The notes beneath the pieces were generated by a model. The model was not told the origin of the DNA. It made no database searches and saw only the letters and a list, made by a program, of their open reading frames with translations. The position numbers and the translations under genes were made by a program. A stretch of 64,000 nucleotides of DNA from Eledone cirrhosa (Eukaryota): positions 43,710,001 through 43,774,000 of the forward strand of contig OZ024751.1 in assembly GCA_964016885.1 (NCBI GenBank). The letters run 5' to 3'. Shown in pieces: positions 51,112 to 62,821 of the stretch (position 1 is the stretch's first letter; the number at the start of each line of letters is the position of its first letter).

Positions 51112-53587
51112 AGAAAGCGATATTTTTATATATATATACACTGTATATTACTCAAAAACTTAATCCAACAAATGGAAGCACCACGTCCACGGTCAACAGT
51201 TATACTTTTAATATTTATGTATATTTTCTTAAACTTTTCAGTTTTTTACGATTTGCCGTTGTTAATTCAAAGAAGAAGAAAAAGACATTTAAAATTATAT
51301 AAATATAAATATATAAACAGCGGTGAAGACCTTTTTACCTTTCAGGGAATTTAAACATATATTCTGTTTAAATAAGCATAATTCTATTTTTCTTTATATC
51401 AAATAAGACTTTTGTGATACAATGGCTATTGTTATAAAAATGTTGCGTTAAAACTATATTTTTGTTCTGTTTATTATTATTATTATTATATATTTTTATT
51501 TATTTAATACCCTGTCGTGTGAAATGTTCATTCAGGTGTATAGGGGACCATGAAATAGCTGTTCCGAAACTTTAGATATAATTTATAATTACTTAATTTG
51601 CTTCAAAAGCGATTTAGTTAACTTTTCACAAGTGAAGCCTCCGTTTTTACCTCTTCTTCCTCCTCCTCCATCGTTTCTTAACGGAGGTATATTTTGTCAA
51701 TTATCTAGGTGAAGTAGTAGCAAACTACATACCAGACCGAATTCTTGAAATTTGTAAAATGAAATTAAATTGCGCTAGACATTACTGTTGTAGAACTGAA
51801 GGACTCTCTCGCCCTTCCCCTCCATTCCGAAAAGAAGAAACATTCTGATTAAAAACGTCAAGTATTTTCAGTCGTAACAGACGAGCTACGAATTCCACTT
51901 AGGACTGCCACCCCCTCACGAAAACATCAACAACAGCTAACTAAAAACATCGTTACCTTCTGTTTCTATCTGACTACCATTAAATCTGTCTCGTTCAGCT
52001 ATAATTAGACATCAGTAAGAAGATACATAAGTTTGTGTTATTTTCTTTTATCTTAAAAGTTCGGGTGTCGTCTAAACTCGACGATGAATGTATAGAGAAA
52101 TTTTCTAGGTACCGGTACTGATGGGGGAATGGTTGGGTTGCAGCCAGAGGCCACACAATATTTAGGGACTTCCCCTACACATTTTTTTTTTCTTTGGCGA
52201 CGATAATAATCAAAGGCTCCGGTGAAATGTTCAGCCAGAGTCCCCCACCCTATACAAGCTTCACCCGACAAAATAAGCGAGTTCCAAGTTAACCGTTCTT
52301 TTTCTTCCTAATGTAATCTAGTATGTATGACATCCGAACGAGTATGTTCCACCTCTTGGTCCTGGCCGACGGGATGGAGAATATGTTGCCCTGGAGGACA
52401 GCAAGGGAGACGCGCTGGAACAGTCATTCCACCTCGCAGGGTTCGAGGAAGCAAAGTTCTCATTTGTTTTCCCTGATAGTAACGGCTGGACAGGTCTTCA
52501 CTCAGGCAGAGTTACCTATCTCTCAGATGGGGCAGTAAAGGCTCCATCTCGCTTACATATATCTCCCCATGCTCGACTGATTCAAGGCTGAACAGTTACC
52601 TGTCCAGTTGATATCGTTTTTTGACCAGCTTTGATTAACTTTCAAATCGAGTACGTATCTGACCTGGCATGAAGGCCACACAGTCTTATCACTTTAGGTA
52701 CATCCTGAATGTTTAAGGATGAATCCATTCAGGTAATACAACTTTAGATTCGTTTGTTTTTATGGTTATTTTTCCATGCTGGCATGGACTGGATACTCCT
52801 CCCGAGTCCAACCCTTTTATGATGTGTATACTCCAGTGGTGCACCTCCCATTTTTTTTGGTTTTTTTTTACAGTATTATGAATCAATATTTTGTAGGCCC
52901 ATTAACTTGAGTTACACGAAGCTGCAATGCATTTCTATGGTAACAGAAATAAAGCATGGTTTTAAATTTGTTAGAGACTAGTTGATGTATTTTACCCAAG
53001 GATATATAGGTTAAATATTGAGTTGGTGTTTGGAAGTCACCTGCATAGTATTGGAGTGAATTATTTTATATCTGCTGTTGGTGATAGGAACGGTTAGGGT
53101 TATGAGGACTTCTGTGCAGTCTGTTAGAATGTGTGATGCAGACTCCTGGCCTGCTGCCAGGGAGGTCAGTAGTCCCACTGCAACACTGACTTGGTCCTTT
53201 TGTAAAGATGATGTTTCACGCTTGCATGAGTTTGACAGAAACTTAAGAAGCCAATAGTGTATATCTATATACTACTAAAACAGTGATTGCTTGAAAAAAT
53301 ATTTTGAAGGTATGTGACCCAACGGGTCTCGGGTGGTCTAGTATACATTTGTATGTATCTCCATATCTGCAGAGTTGTGGTTAGATCCATATCAATGATA
53401 TATTACATAAAACTGACCCCCCAAAACAACCCATCATATATATATATATAACACCATATCCCTACATATTGTGACTAAATGGGTTAATGCCAGGATTGGC
53501 CTAACCCATGCCAGCAAAGATAAGTGAATATAAACAGTCAATATATTAGTTAACAGAGAAATATCAGTTTTATTCGCAGAATATATT

Positions 53588-53736
53588 TTAGTCTCTCATC
53601 ATTAATTTCTGTTTTTTAAGCTTCTTCTGTGACACCTTCTTACGTACAGGTTCGTCCTCACTGCCAGCTGGTTTGGGTACTGGGATCTCTTTCTCTGTGA
53701 GAATAACTTCAATATGGCATGGACTGCTCATGAAAG
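53588..53736 (-). CDS. RPL17: RPL17 terminal coding exon ([17 protein letters not shown]...[14 protein letters not shown])
   Basis: Acceptor ttacag, TAA stop, AATAAA on minus strand at 53569-53574; total CDS 561 nt = 186 aa. Confidence 0.95.
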
Positions 53737-54453
53737 CTGTAAGTAAAATATAAAATTTATGAAACACAAAGTGTAAACACTATATATACATAGACTGTAG
53801 AATAAATTAACTCTCCTATGACCTAACAAACTAATAGCTGTCACATCAATAGGCTAATATATGTATCAGTCATGAGCAAACTACAGCCCATTCGGTTTTC
53901 TCAATAGCACACCTAATTCTGAAATTGCCATAATTTTTTTTTTAGTAGAGCAGCCAACCTAATGAGCCCTAACTTTTGGAAAAGGGTTGCCCATGCCAGA
54001 TATAGACAGTAGAAAGATGAATCAACCCTTTTGTGACCTGACAAACATTAAGTAGCTATATGCTAGTGTGGAAGATAGACGTTAAATGATGTTGATGAAA
54101 CACCAACCAGCCTATGTACACACAGACTGTAGACTCCCCAGTGTGCTACTGAGGCAGTCCACCACAAAAGGTGGTTGGTGTTAGGAAGAGCATTCAGTTA
54201 TAAAAAAACTAGAGCTGCTTGACCACGTCATGACAACATGGAAACAAGATGTAGAATGACCAATCTCTTCTGTGAGATAAAGCCTATTTCAATTAATTTT
54301 GAGGTATGAACTAAAATTATTATGCCTTTATTACAATAACTTAAATTGTTACTTGAAATGAAAAGGAACCCATTAAAAATGGTCTTGTTTCATAGAAACA
54401 GACCCAGTTTTGGCTAGGTTGGTATCAAAAGAGAAATAAATAGCAATACTTAC

Positions 54454-54550
54454 GATTAATACGACCATGAGCTCTGTATGTTCGCCTTCTCATTTTAGGG
54501 GCCTGGTTCACTTGAATATGTTCAATGACTAAGTGATCAGTATCTAAACC
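54454..54550 (-). CDS. RPL17: RPL17 coding exon 5 ([32 protein letters not shown])
   Basis: Canonical splice sites; [12 protein letters not shown] motif. Confidence 0.95.
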
Positions 54551-55045
54551 CTGTAAGGTTATAAAAAAAGAAAAAAATTAGATTCCATTGCAGCCAACCC
54601 AAACACCCCCACTTGAATCCTCTGGTAAAGAATGGAGATCTATCTACAAGCAGCACTGAGAAGTTATAAGTGCAGAATGTGTGTCGATAGATGTAGAAGT
54701 CAGCAACACATACCAAAGACAGTTTCCAATCCCATACCACAGAAAACTCCTTTGTCAACTACTAGCTGACTTCTTCACAATCCATTTACTGGCAACAGAC
54801 ATGACTAAATAAAGTTGTTTTAGTTGCTAACAAGGTAGCCAAAGAAGACTGTACTCCACACAGGGTCAACGTAACTGCTGTGTAGTGGGAGAGGCCCACA
54901 CCTTTATCAGTTCTGCCACTGCCTGTGATAAGCAGCCAGATCATTTGGAGACTTTGCCCCCATGACCCTCCTATGAATAAGTATATTGAGATGACAGGCA
55001 TGGTGCATTAACAAACAGCTCACATATAGGTATACAGAAACTTAC

Positions 55046-55144
55046 CTTAAACTCAGCATTACTTTCAGCATTCTTCAACAGCTGTAAAAGGAACTTAGCA
55101 CTCTTCTTGGGCCACCGACCTTGAGTTGCTTTCCACTGTTTAGC
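55046..55144 (-). CDS. RPL17: RPL17 coding exon 4 ([33 protein letters not shown])
   Basis: Canonical splice sites; QGRWPKKS and LKNAESNA motifs. Confidence 0.95.
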
Positions 55145-55608
55145 CTGTAAGAGAGAAACAATAAGCAGAACATCAGACACAATTTAAAGAACCACTGGAA
55201 AACTTGAAACCAAACCTAGTGCTGCAAGAACTAAAAGTGCAGAGTTAAATTTTTTAAACTAAACCTTTTGTACTTTTAAGAGTTAAAGTAGTATTATAAA
55301 AAACTGAATATTACATGGTCAGTAGAGATAATTACTGTTTATATAGAAGGTTCTATCAGGGATAGTCCAAGCTCCAGCATACACTATATATGAATGTTAT
55401 ACCCTGATACGTAAACACTATCCACTTATGTTACATCCTGACATGTAATGCACTTTCATAGTAAATTTGTCAGCTTTTATAACCAGACACTGATGTAAAA
55501 CGACACACTACCAGGACTCTACCATGCCACACACATGAATCTTTTTCAACAGACACAGAAAGAACTATCTTTGTAGTCTATCAACTGACCACTACACACC
55601 ATGTTAAC

Positions 55609-55850
55609 TTATCTGAGCATGATGGCCAACTACTTAAGACCACCCGACAGTGTTACCTGAGCGTGACGGCCAACTACTTAAGACCACCCGACAGTGTTAC
55701 CTGAGCGTGACGGCCAACTACTTAAGACCACCCGACAGTGTTACCTGAGCGTGACGGCCAACTACTTAAGACCACCCGACAGTGTTACCTGAGCGTGACG
55801 GCCAACTACTTAAGACCACCCGACAGTGTTACCTGAGCGTGACGGCCAAC
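55609..55850. repeat. 44-bp tandem repeat overlapping the RPL17 exon 3 donor
   Basis: CCTGAGCGTGACGGCCAAC at 55656, 55700, 55744, 55788, 55832, plus a degenerate copy near 55612. Confidence 0.95.
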
Positions 55851-55967
55851 TCCACCACAAAATCTTCGGAATGGGACAATTTCTTTTTTCTCCATGACAT
55901 TTTTAAGGTATCGGGAGGCACGTTTCAAATGCATCCGTTTAATAGCTTGGGCTGTCTCTCGTGTGTT
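55833..55967 (-). CDS. RPL17: RPL17 coding exon 3 ([15 protein letters not shown]...[15 protein letters not shown])
   Basis: ttttctag acceptor, CAG|gtaac donor, conserved uL22 sequence. Confidence 0.93.
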
Positions 55968-57316
55968 CTAGAAAATACAAGTGAAAACAAACATAAAAAT
56001 TCAACACAAGAAACTCAATGCAGCAACAGTATTCACTGATTTGAATATAAGACACCACAGCACCATACAACCAACATGCTGTACCTATTCTAAACTAAAC
56101 ACACAATCAATACCATCTTGTTAGCAAGAGAAAAGGAAAAAGCGGATGTTTTGCCAACATGGTGGAAATATTTCTTTGATAATGACTATGATGAGGGTGA
56201 AATAAAAATTTTAATTAATTACACATCTCCAACAGGCTGACAACTGAGAGAGAACGAGTATAGGAAATCATAGCTGAAACCTAACTAATAACACTAACAC
56301 AATTGCACTGTGAAGTTGACATGCTTTGCTAACTCCTACCCCATAAGATCCTTATCTTTTAAACTGGCAACAAATACAATTGTGAATATAAGTGGCTGAA
56401 ATGGGGTTCCACTGAAGAGTCTTTGGAGTAATTGTGCATAGCTGAGATCAGGGATTCACTCCAATACCACGGACATGTGGTCAGAATGCCTAAGGAAAGA
56501 ATCGGACAGATTTTACAGGCAAAAACCAACCAGCAGGAGACCCAGAGCAATATGGTTGGATAACACCCATGAGCTAGATTGGTCTTGCTTAGGGATCCAG
56601 TTGGATTAATTAGAGATGGTTGCCTCTGACAGGACCCACTGGAAAATGTGCTTCAGTACTCTGTTGACAATATTAACTTATTAGGAATGTAGTTCTAGCA
56701 GAAGCAACAATTTTACCAATGTCCAGTACAGCAGCAAGGAGTTACATCATAGTCTAATGTTTGCACCAATGCACTGTATTAAAGAAGTACACATTATTGT
56801 ACAATATATATATATATTTATTAAAATAAAAGATTAAAGTTTAAGCAAAGAATTGCTGCTTTCACCATTAACGGGATCTACTGATCAGAAGATCCCGTTA
56901 AGGGTGAAAGCAGTGATTCTTTGTTATTTTAAGAAATATCTGCTCTAGGGTTCTTATATATTTATCCTTATCGAGCCCTCTTTGGATTTTAGTCTTCACA
57001 TTTATTAGTATTACTATATATATATGATGATTGCTGGCTCTTGACTTCATTTATCAATGTTAGTTAACAGTGAATGTTGACTCTTGCCGTATGAAATGGT
57101 ACCATAAAAGAAAAGCTTAGAGGCTCGTTTCTAGCCTGATTATATTATTCTCTACAAAATATTAGATATGTGGTTTCCTATGGTATTGGTAGAGTGCAAG
57201 TGCCCTGAGGTCTTGGAATCTTAGCTTCAATTCTCTCATTGAACCACATGATCATTACATTATATATTGATCTCCCTTTTGGTATATCTATATACAAGAC
57301 AAAAGCTAATATTTAC

Positions 57317-57357
57317 CTTAAAGTGAACACGTAGAAGAGAGCCTCGAGCTTTGGCAG
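57317..57357 (-). CDS. RPL17: RPL17 coding exon 2 (S-AKARGSLLRVHFK)
   Basis: tttacag|...LRVHFK|gtaaat, conserved uL22 motif. Confidence 0.92.
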
Positions 57358-58169
57358 CTGTAAATGAAACAAAACAAGATACACCTCATTAAATGAAATC
57401 AAACATTAATAGTTAAATTAATGAAGTAATAATTACATATAGTAAATAAAACCACTAATGGTTTCTGGTAAACAAAACTAAACCCTGCCTATTCATTTCT
57501 ATAATACATGCTGTACTATATGGCATCATGCTATAGAAAGCCTGCCAAACAATGAGTTGGGAAGACCCTTTCATTAAAGAAATGACAACCTCTATTGTGG
57601 CTGGATAACCTTCCTGACACCAACCCACATTGCTTTGGTGGATTGTCAGTATCGGTAGTGGGTCTATGCTTTGCAGTAGAGTTACTCACCTTTACGGTCT
57701 AAGTTCAACTTTCACTTTCATCCTTATGAGGTCAATAAAATAAAGTACCAGCAATGCACTGGGATAATTGCTGGCCTTGTGCCCAAAGTAGAAATAATTA
57801 TTGCTTTGAGAGGGGAAAATTGTAAGACAAAATTAACTTTGGTGGGATTTGAACACAGAACATAAAGGGCTATACCTAAATGTCACAAAGTATGTTGTAC
57901 AGTGCTCTACTGATTCTGTCAATCCACTGCCCTTGACAATCAGATAAATAATTGTTTCTACTTTTGGCACAAGGCCAGCAATTAACCAGTACATTACTGG
58001 TACTTTATTTTATCAACCCTATAAGGATGAAAGGCAAAGTTAATCTTGGCGGGATTTGAACTCAGAATGGCAAGGGACGTAATTCTATGCACCAAAGCAT
58101 GGCGTCCGACCCTCTACCGATACTGCCAAACCACCGCCCTATCAGATAAATAATGAAAGGGAGACTTAC

Positions 58170-58209
58170 ACTTGCTAAGATTCTCGGGTTCACATGAGTA
58201 ACGGGTCAT
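58170..58209 (-). CDS. RPL17: 60S ribosomal protein L17 (uL22), coding exon 1 (MTRYSCEPENLSK)
   Basis: ATG at 58209; acceptor AG at 58222-58223; donor T|gtaagt. Confidence 0.92.
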
Positions 58210-58503
58210 CTTTAACAGGCACTGTAAATATAAGACAACAGCATTGATTAGAAAAATAAACATCGTCATATAGAAAGTTAGCGGTATATATAAGTCACTG
58301 TAAATACAAGACAACAATTATATAGATATAGCGGTCAAGTGACAAGATCCTACGCCTCAGTAGCTTACTGAGTAGGGTGGAACCCATCAAATTGGACCAA
58401 GGAAACAATGTTCCCATTGCAACTCCAGCAAAGTTAGGGGTATATATTATCATTATCAACATGATGGTACGAGTTGCACATGACCTTTTGAGACAGAATC
58501 TTA

Positions 58504-58828
58504 TCATTTTACGTCCACTTTTCCCTGCTTGCAAGGGTGGGACGGGAACTGATTCTGGCTTGATTTCTACAGCTGGATGCCCTTCCTAACACCAACCTCA
58601 TTTGCAGTGAATGCTGGGTGCTTTTTTTGCTGTGGCACCTCTACGACCACTTTGCAGCGGAATGATAGGCACCCCAGTTCCTATCATCTCATTTCTACAG
58701 CTGAGTAAACTGGATATGTGAAATAAAGTGTCTTGCTCAAGGAAACAACACATCACCCAGTCTGAGAATTGAACTCTTAACCTTTCGATTGCAAGGCCAA
58801 TGCTCTAACCACTAAGCCATGTGCATCC
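58504..58828 (-). mobile_element. tRNA-derived SINE, same family as 11465-11812
   Basis: Near-identical sequence; lies in RPL17 intron 1. Confidence 0.85.
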
Positions 58829-60368
58829 ATCCTACTACCAGGAATAATTTCTGATACCAACCATAAATTTCACTGAACAGCAGGATTTGTTTATACAGGA
58901 CATAAACAAATACCACCACCTGTGATGTTCTCGAATCCAACAAAACGACAAGACAGACACCCTTATATATATAACACATCAACTATATGGTCGTATCAAA
59001 TACGCACACACAGGTATCTGTACATGTAAACACACAAGCTTCCTTACAGCTTTCATCTACTAAATTCACGCACAGGATATTGGCCGACCCGAGGCTACAG
59101 AAGTACCACACAGAACACCCAAACCATGTGGTTTCAGTGATATACACACAAAAACCACGAACTACACTCCATGTATAAGCAACAACCAACTATCTTTTCA
59201 GTGTTGTAAAGCATTTTTCTTTCTTAAGAGGCGGTAGTAAAGTGCATTAACACTTGAAGGTACAAGTCCCTGGGGGTTATGAAAGGTGACTAAAACGGTT
59301 GACGCCAGGAAGGGTACCTGGTCATAAAACTTTAATCTAAAACACACACATAAACCTCACAAGGTTTAATTGATTCACTAATTAAAATACAGAGAGAGCA
59401 ACATTTTACGCTCTATAATATAAAAATTAAACGGGACTGTGACCAATGTGTGTTAATAAATGGTAGTGAGTTCGATTCCAGGATGCACGTGTCTGTAGAT
59501 TGCTCTGCCACACGTTAATTTCACGAACAGGGTAGATCCATTGAATCAATTGGACTTTCGTAGTCAGAAACGACGAAGGTCCAACTATATATATATATAC
59601 ATATATATATGTAAATAGGATCTCGATGTAGATTGGGTGGAGATTACTGTCAAAAAAGGTACTCAATACGTCAGTAGAATATAGGTATGTTCATTTATTA
59701 TAGAAATGATTTCTATATAAAAAAGGTACTCAATATTTCCGTAGAATATGGATATAAATATACATATCCTATATCCATACTATGGTACGAAACGATCGCG
59801 CTGGACTGCTAGAAACAGCAGTCAAGTCCACATGAAATCACATTCTACCCTACAATCTGAAGGATTAAAAAAAACATCAACAAGGTAATAATAGATGGAT
59901 TGTTTGATATGCACGTTCTTCACCGACATCGGACTACAGATTAATCGAATATAGAAGTAGGCAGACCAGGAAATTACGAGGGTTAGTTAAGACGAATGTA
60001 GCGTGAACTTATGTAAAGATTAAACAAGTTAAAGTGATGTAGTCGTGTCTCCTATGCCATAGTTACACTACAAATACAACCAAGGTGGATCAGTTGTAAT
60101 TAACATTTAATTATTAAGATATGATTAACAATATTTATATCGGTATTGATGTATAATCAGGCAAAAGGTACCTGTGTATATTACAGCACGCGTTTATTTC
60201 TGAGGACAAAATAACAACGTAAACTTAAGATTATAAAACAAAATTATACACAACTAAGAATCATTTGATAATTATTGTTGTTAATATAAAAACAAATGAA
60301 ATTTTATAATCAGATTAAACAAAAAATACATCGATTAAAATCAGGGAGTGAAATAGGATGGAACATAC

Positions 60369-60393
60369 CTAAGATGAATACCGGAAGAGAAAG
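60369..60393 (-). other. RPL17: RPL17 non-coding first exon with 5'TOP/TCT pyrimidine start
   Basis: Minus strand ctttctcttccggtattcatcttag|gtatgt: pyrimidine-tract start plus donor, typical of ribosomal protein genes; TSS approximate. Confidence 0.7.
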
Positions 60394-61250
60394 ACAGAAG
60401 TGGACGCGTTTCTGGGTAACTAAGATGAATAACTCTGATTGTTTCCGGTTAAGGGTAACTCTTTTGTGTTTAATCTCGAACCCAAAATTGCATCTAAATC
60501 AAAATGTTAATTTCGTTTACTTAAAATTTCATTTATTAGTCTACATAATCACTCTGAGAATTCGTCTACCGATTAAAATGTTATTAAATTTCTTTCTGTA
60601 TTGTTTTTTATTGTTTGATAATGGCGAAAAGCTTAGGTGAGGAGGTAAAAAAAAGTGTGAGTGTCCTAGATAATTAGTAAGCGAGTAGTCGGGAATGATA
60701 GAAGCATTATAGAAGTATGACATTGTCAGGTTATTAATAAGTTGGCAGGTAACCCGAGGTTTTTCTTTCTTTCGTCCTGTAACGTCATTTCCGACTATAA
60801 TGGGCTGCCCTATACACAGCACAAAAAACATTTGCCCATAGTCTTTTTTAAAAATTATTATTATTAAACCAATTATGCGCACTGTTGTCTCCAGAAATCG
60901 TTCACCACCTGAAATTGGTGAGAAATGTGGACACTACTAGATGAATTCCGTGCCAACAGTAACGAGGATTAATATATTTGCTACCACCCACACACAACAC
61001 GTTCCACTTCGCACTGTTGACTATCGATGAATTGGGAAACCATTTTTAAAAACTGCCGACTGCTCTACTAGAACCTTCTCTCCATCAACCACACTTCAGT
61101 TTGTTTCTTTTTTTAAAATTGTTATTTCTCTCACTTTTTTGTCTCTCATTTTGTATATATATTTATATATTATATATATATATTATCACACACCGCACCG
61201 CGTGTTGCTATCATGGACGTAAAGCGCCCCCCCACCAACAACATCTAAAA
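60394..61250. promoter_or_regulatory. probable bidirectional promoter region between RPL17 and the MAP2K-like gene
   Basis: Divergent 5' ends flank a CpG-retaining, repeat-poor interval. Confidence 0.5.
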
Positions 61251-62230
61251 CATTTCCACCTCTCTTGTGGACTATAGTCTCTCTCTGTATGTGTGTGTAT
61301 ATATATATATATATACATGCTATCTTCCTCACACACTTGATCGACAGAGAAGACTGTAAAGCCGTTGTTTCCTCTTTTTTTTAAAATCTAGACGGTGGTG
61401 TCTGAGGAGACAAAACAGCCGTGGTTTATTTCCTACGCTTGTAAGCGTTGTCTGTGACAACGAGCTGTTTAAACGAAACCATCACTAAACACCCAGTCAA
61501 CAAAAAACAGCTGAATCAACCATTTATATATATATATATACCTCAACAGAGTTTGAGGAAGAATTGGTATAGAGAAGAAAAAGCAGAAAGACAACAACCA
61601 GAGAAAGCGGAAGAAAGAGAAGAAAAAAAAAGGAAATACTATCCGAGGACATATGTAGACGTCGTTAGATAAATAATTTATTATATATATATATATATAT
61701 ATACATACAAAAACCTGTATATATTTGTTTATTTAGCTTTAAAGAAATATCAACTATTTTGAATTTGGCGAAATTCGAGGAGACCAGCGATTATTTTTTC
61801 TACATCTCTCTACCTTTTATCTTTATCACACTTGGTGGTCGTGTGTCTCTCTACGAGTAGGAAGTAATCGCAAAAGTAGCACCACATACACACTACCAGT
61901 TCCAACAACGTCTCAGAAGAATTTAAAACAAAAACGACCAACATAAAACAAACAAACAAACTTGCCTATTATTATTATTATTATTAATATTGTTATTATT
62001 ACTACACAATCTTGTCACCTCTTCATATTTCTCCGTCTTTCATCTCGTCTAATGTGCTTTAGTTAGTTCGAATCGTGACACTAGTCAGTCTTTTTTTAAA
62101 AAAACAAAAAAAAACAAAAAAAACTCTCATCCAGTTGAGTGAGAATTCTGTAAATTTTCGCAGTCGGCAGACCCCGTCCATTAACCCTGAAGACTTCAAG
62201 AGGACACCAGAGCTGACTAGTGGTACAAAA

Positions 62231-62298
62231 ATGAAGAAAAAACCCAACCTTACGCTACCTCCTTCCGTTGCGGAACCCCAGAATGATTGTTCTAACGA
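62231..62298 (+). CDS. first coding exon of a probable MAP kinase kinase (MEK1/2-like), MKKKPNLTLPPSVAEPQNDCSN; gene continues beyond window
   Basis: AAAATG start, basic-x-LxL MAPK docking (D) motif as in MEK1/Dsor1 N-termini, strong donor GA|gtaagt in phase 2; only 22 codons visible. Confidence 0.55.
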
Positions 62299-62785
62299 GT
62301 AAGTACCTCTATTCCATACATCTTATTGACACCCACTCACTCATTATGAATATACATATATACATACATAAATCTATACAATACATACGTACTTACATAC
62401 ATACATACATACACAAATATGAACAATATATACATACATAATTCTATACAATTCATACGTACTTACATACACAAATATGTACAATATATACATATGTACT
62501 TACATACATACACAAATATGTACAATACATACATACATAAATCTATACAACACATACGTGCTTACATACATACACAAATATGTACAATACATACATACAT
62601 ACATAAATGTATGCAATACACACATACGTACTTACATACATACACAAATATGTACAATACATACATACATAATTGTATGCAATACACACATACGTACGTA
62701 CATACACATATTCTTACAAGCACTTGCCAATTTACACATACACATGTGTTAACGCTTTGACTTCACACACATCTGTGTGTGTATG

Positions 62786-62821
<36 letters not shown>

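Noticed and set aside
53867-53999. Small hAT-like MITE in the last RPL17 intron
   Set aside because: Termini only partly complementary and TSD does not match; too weak to call
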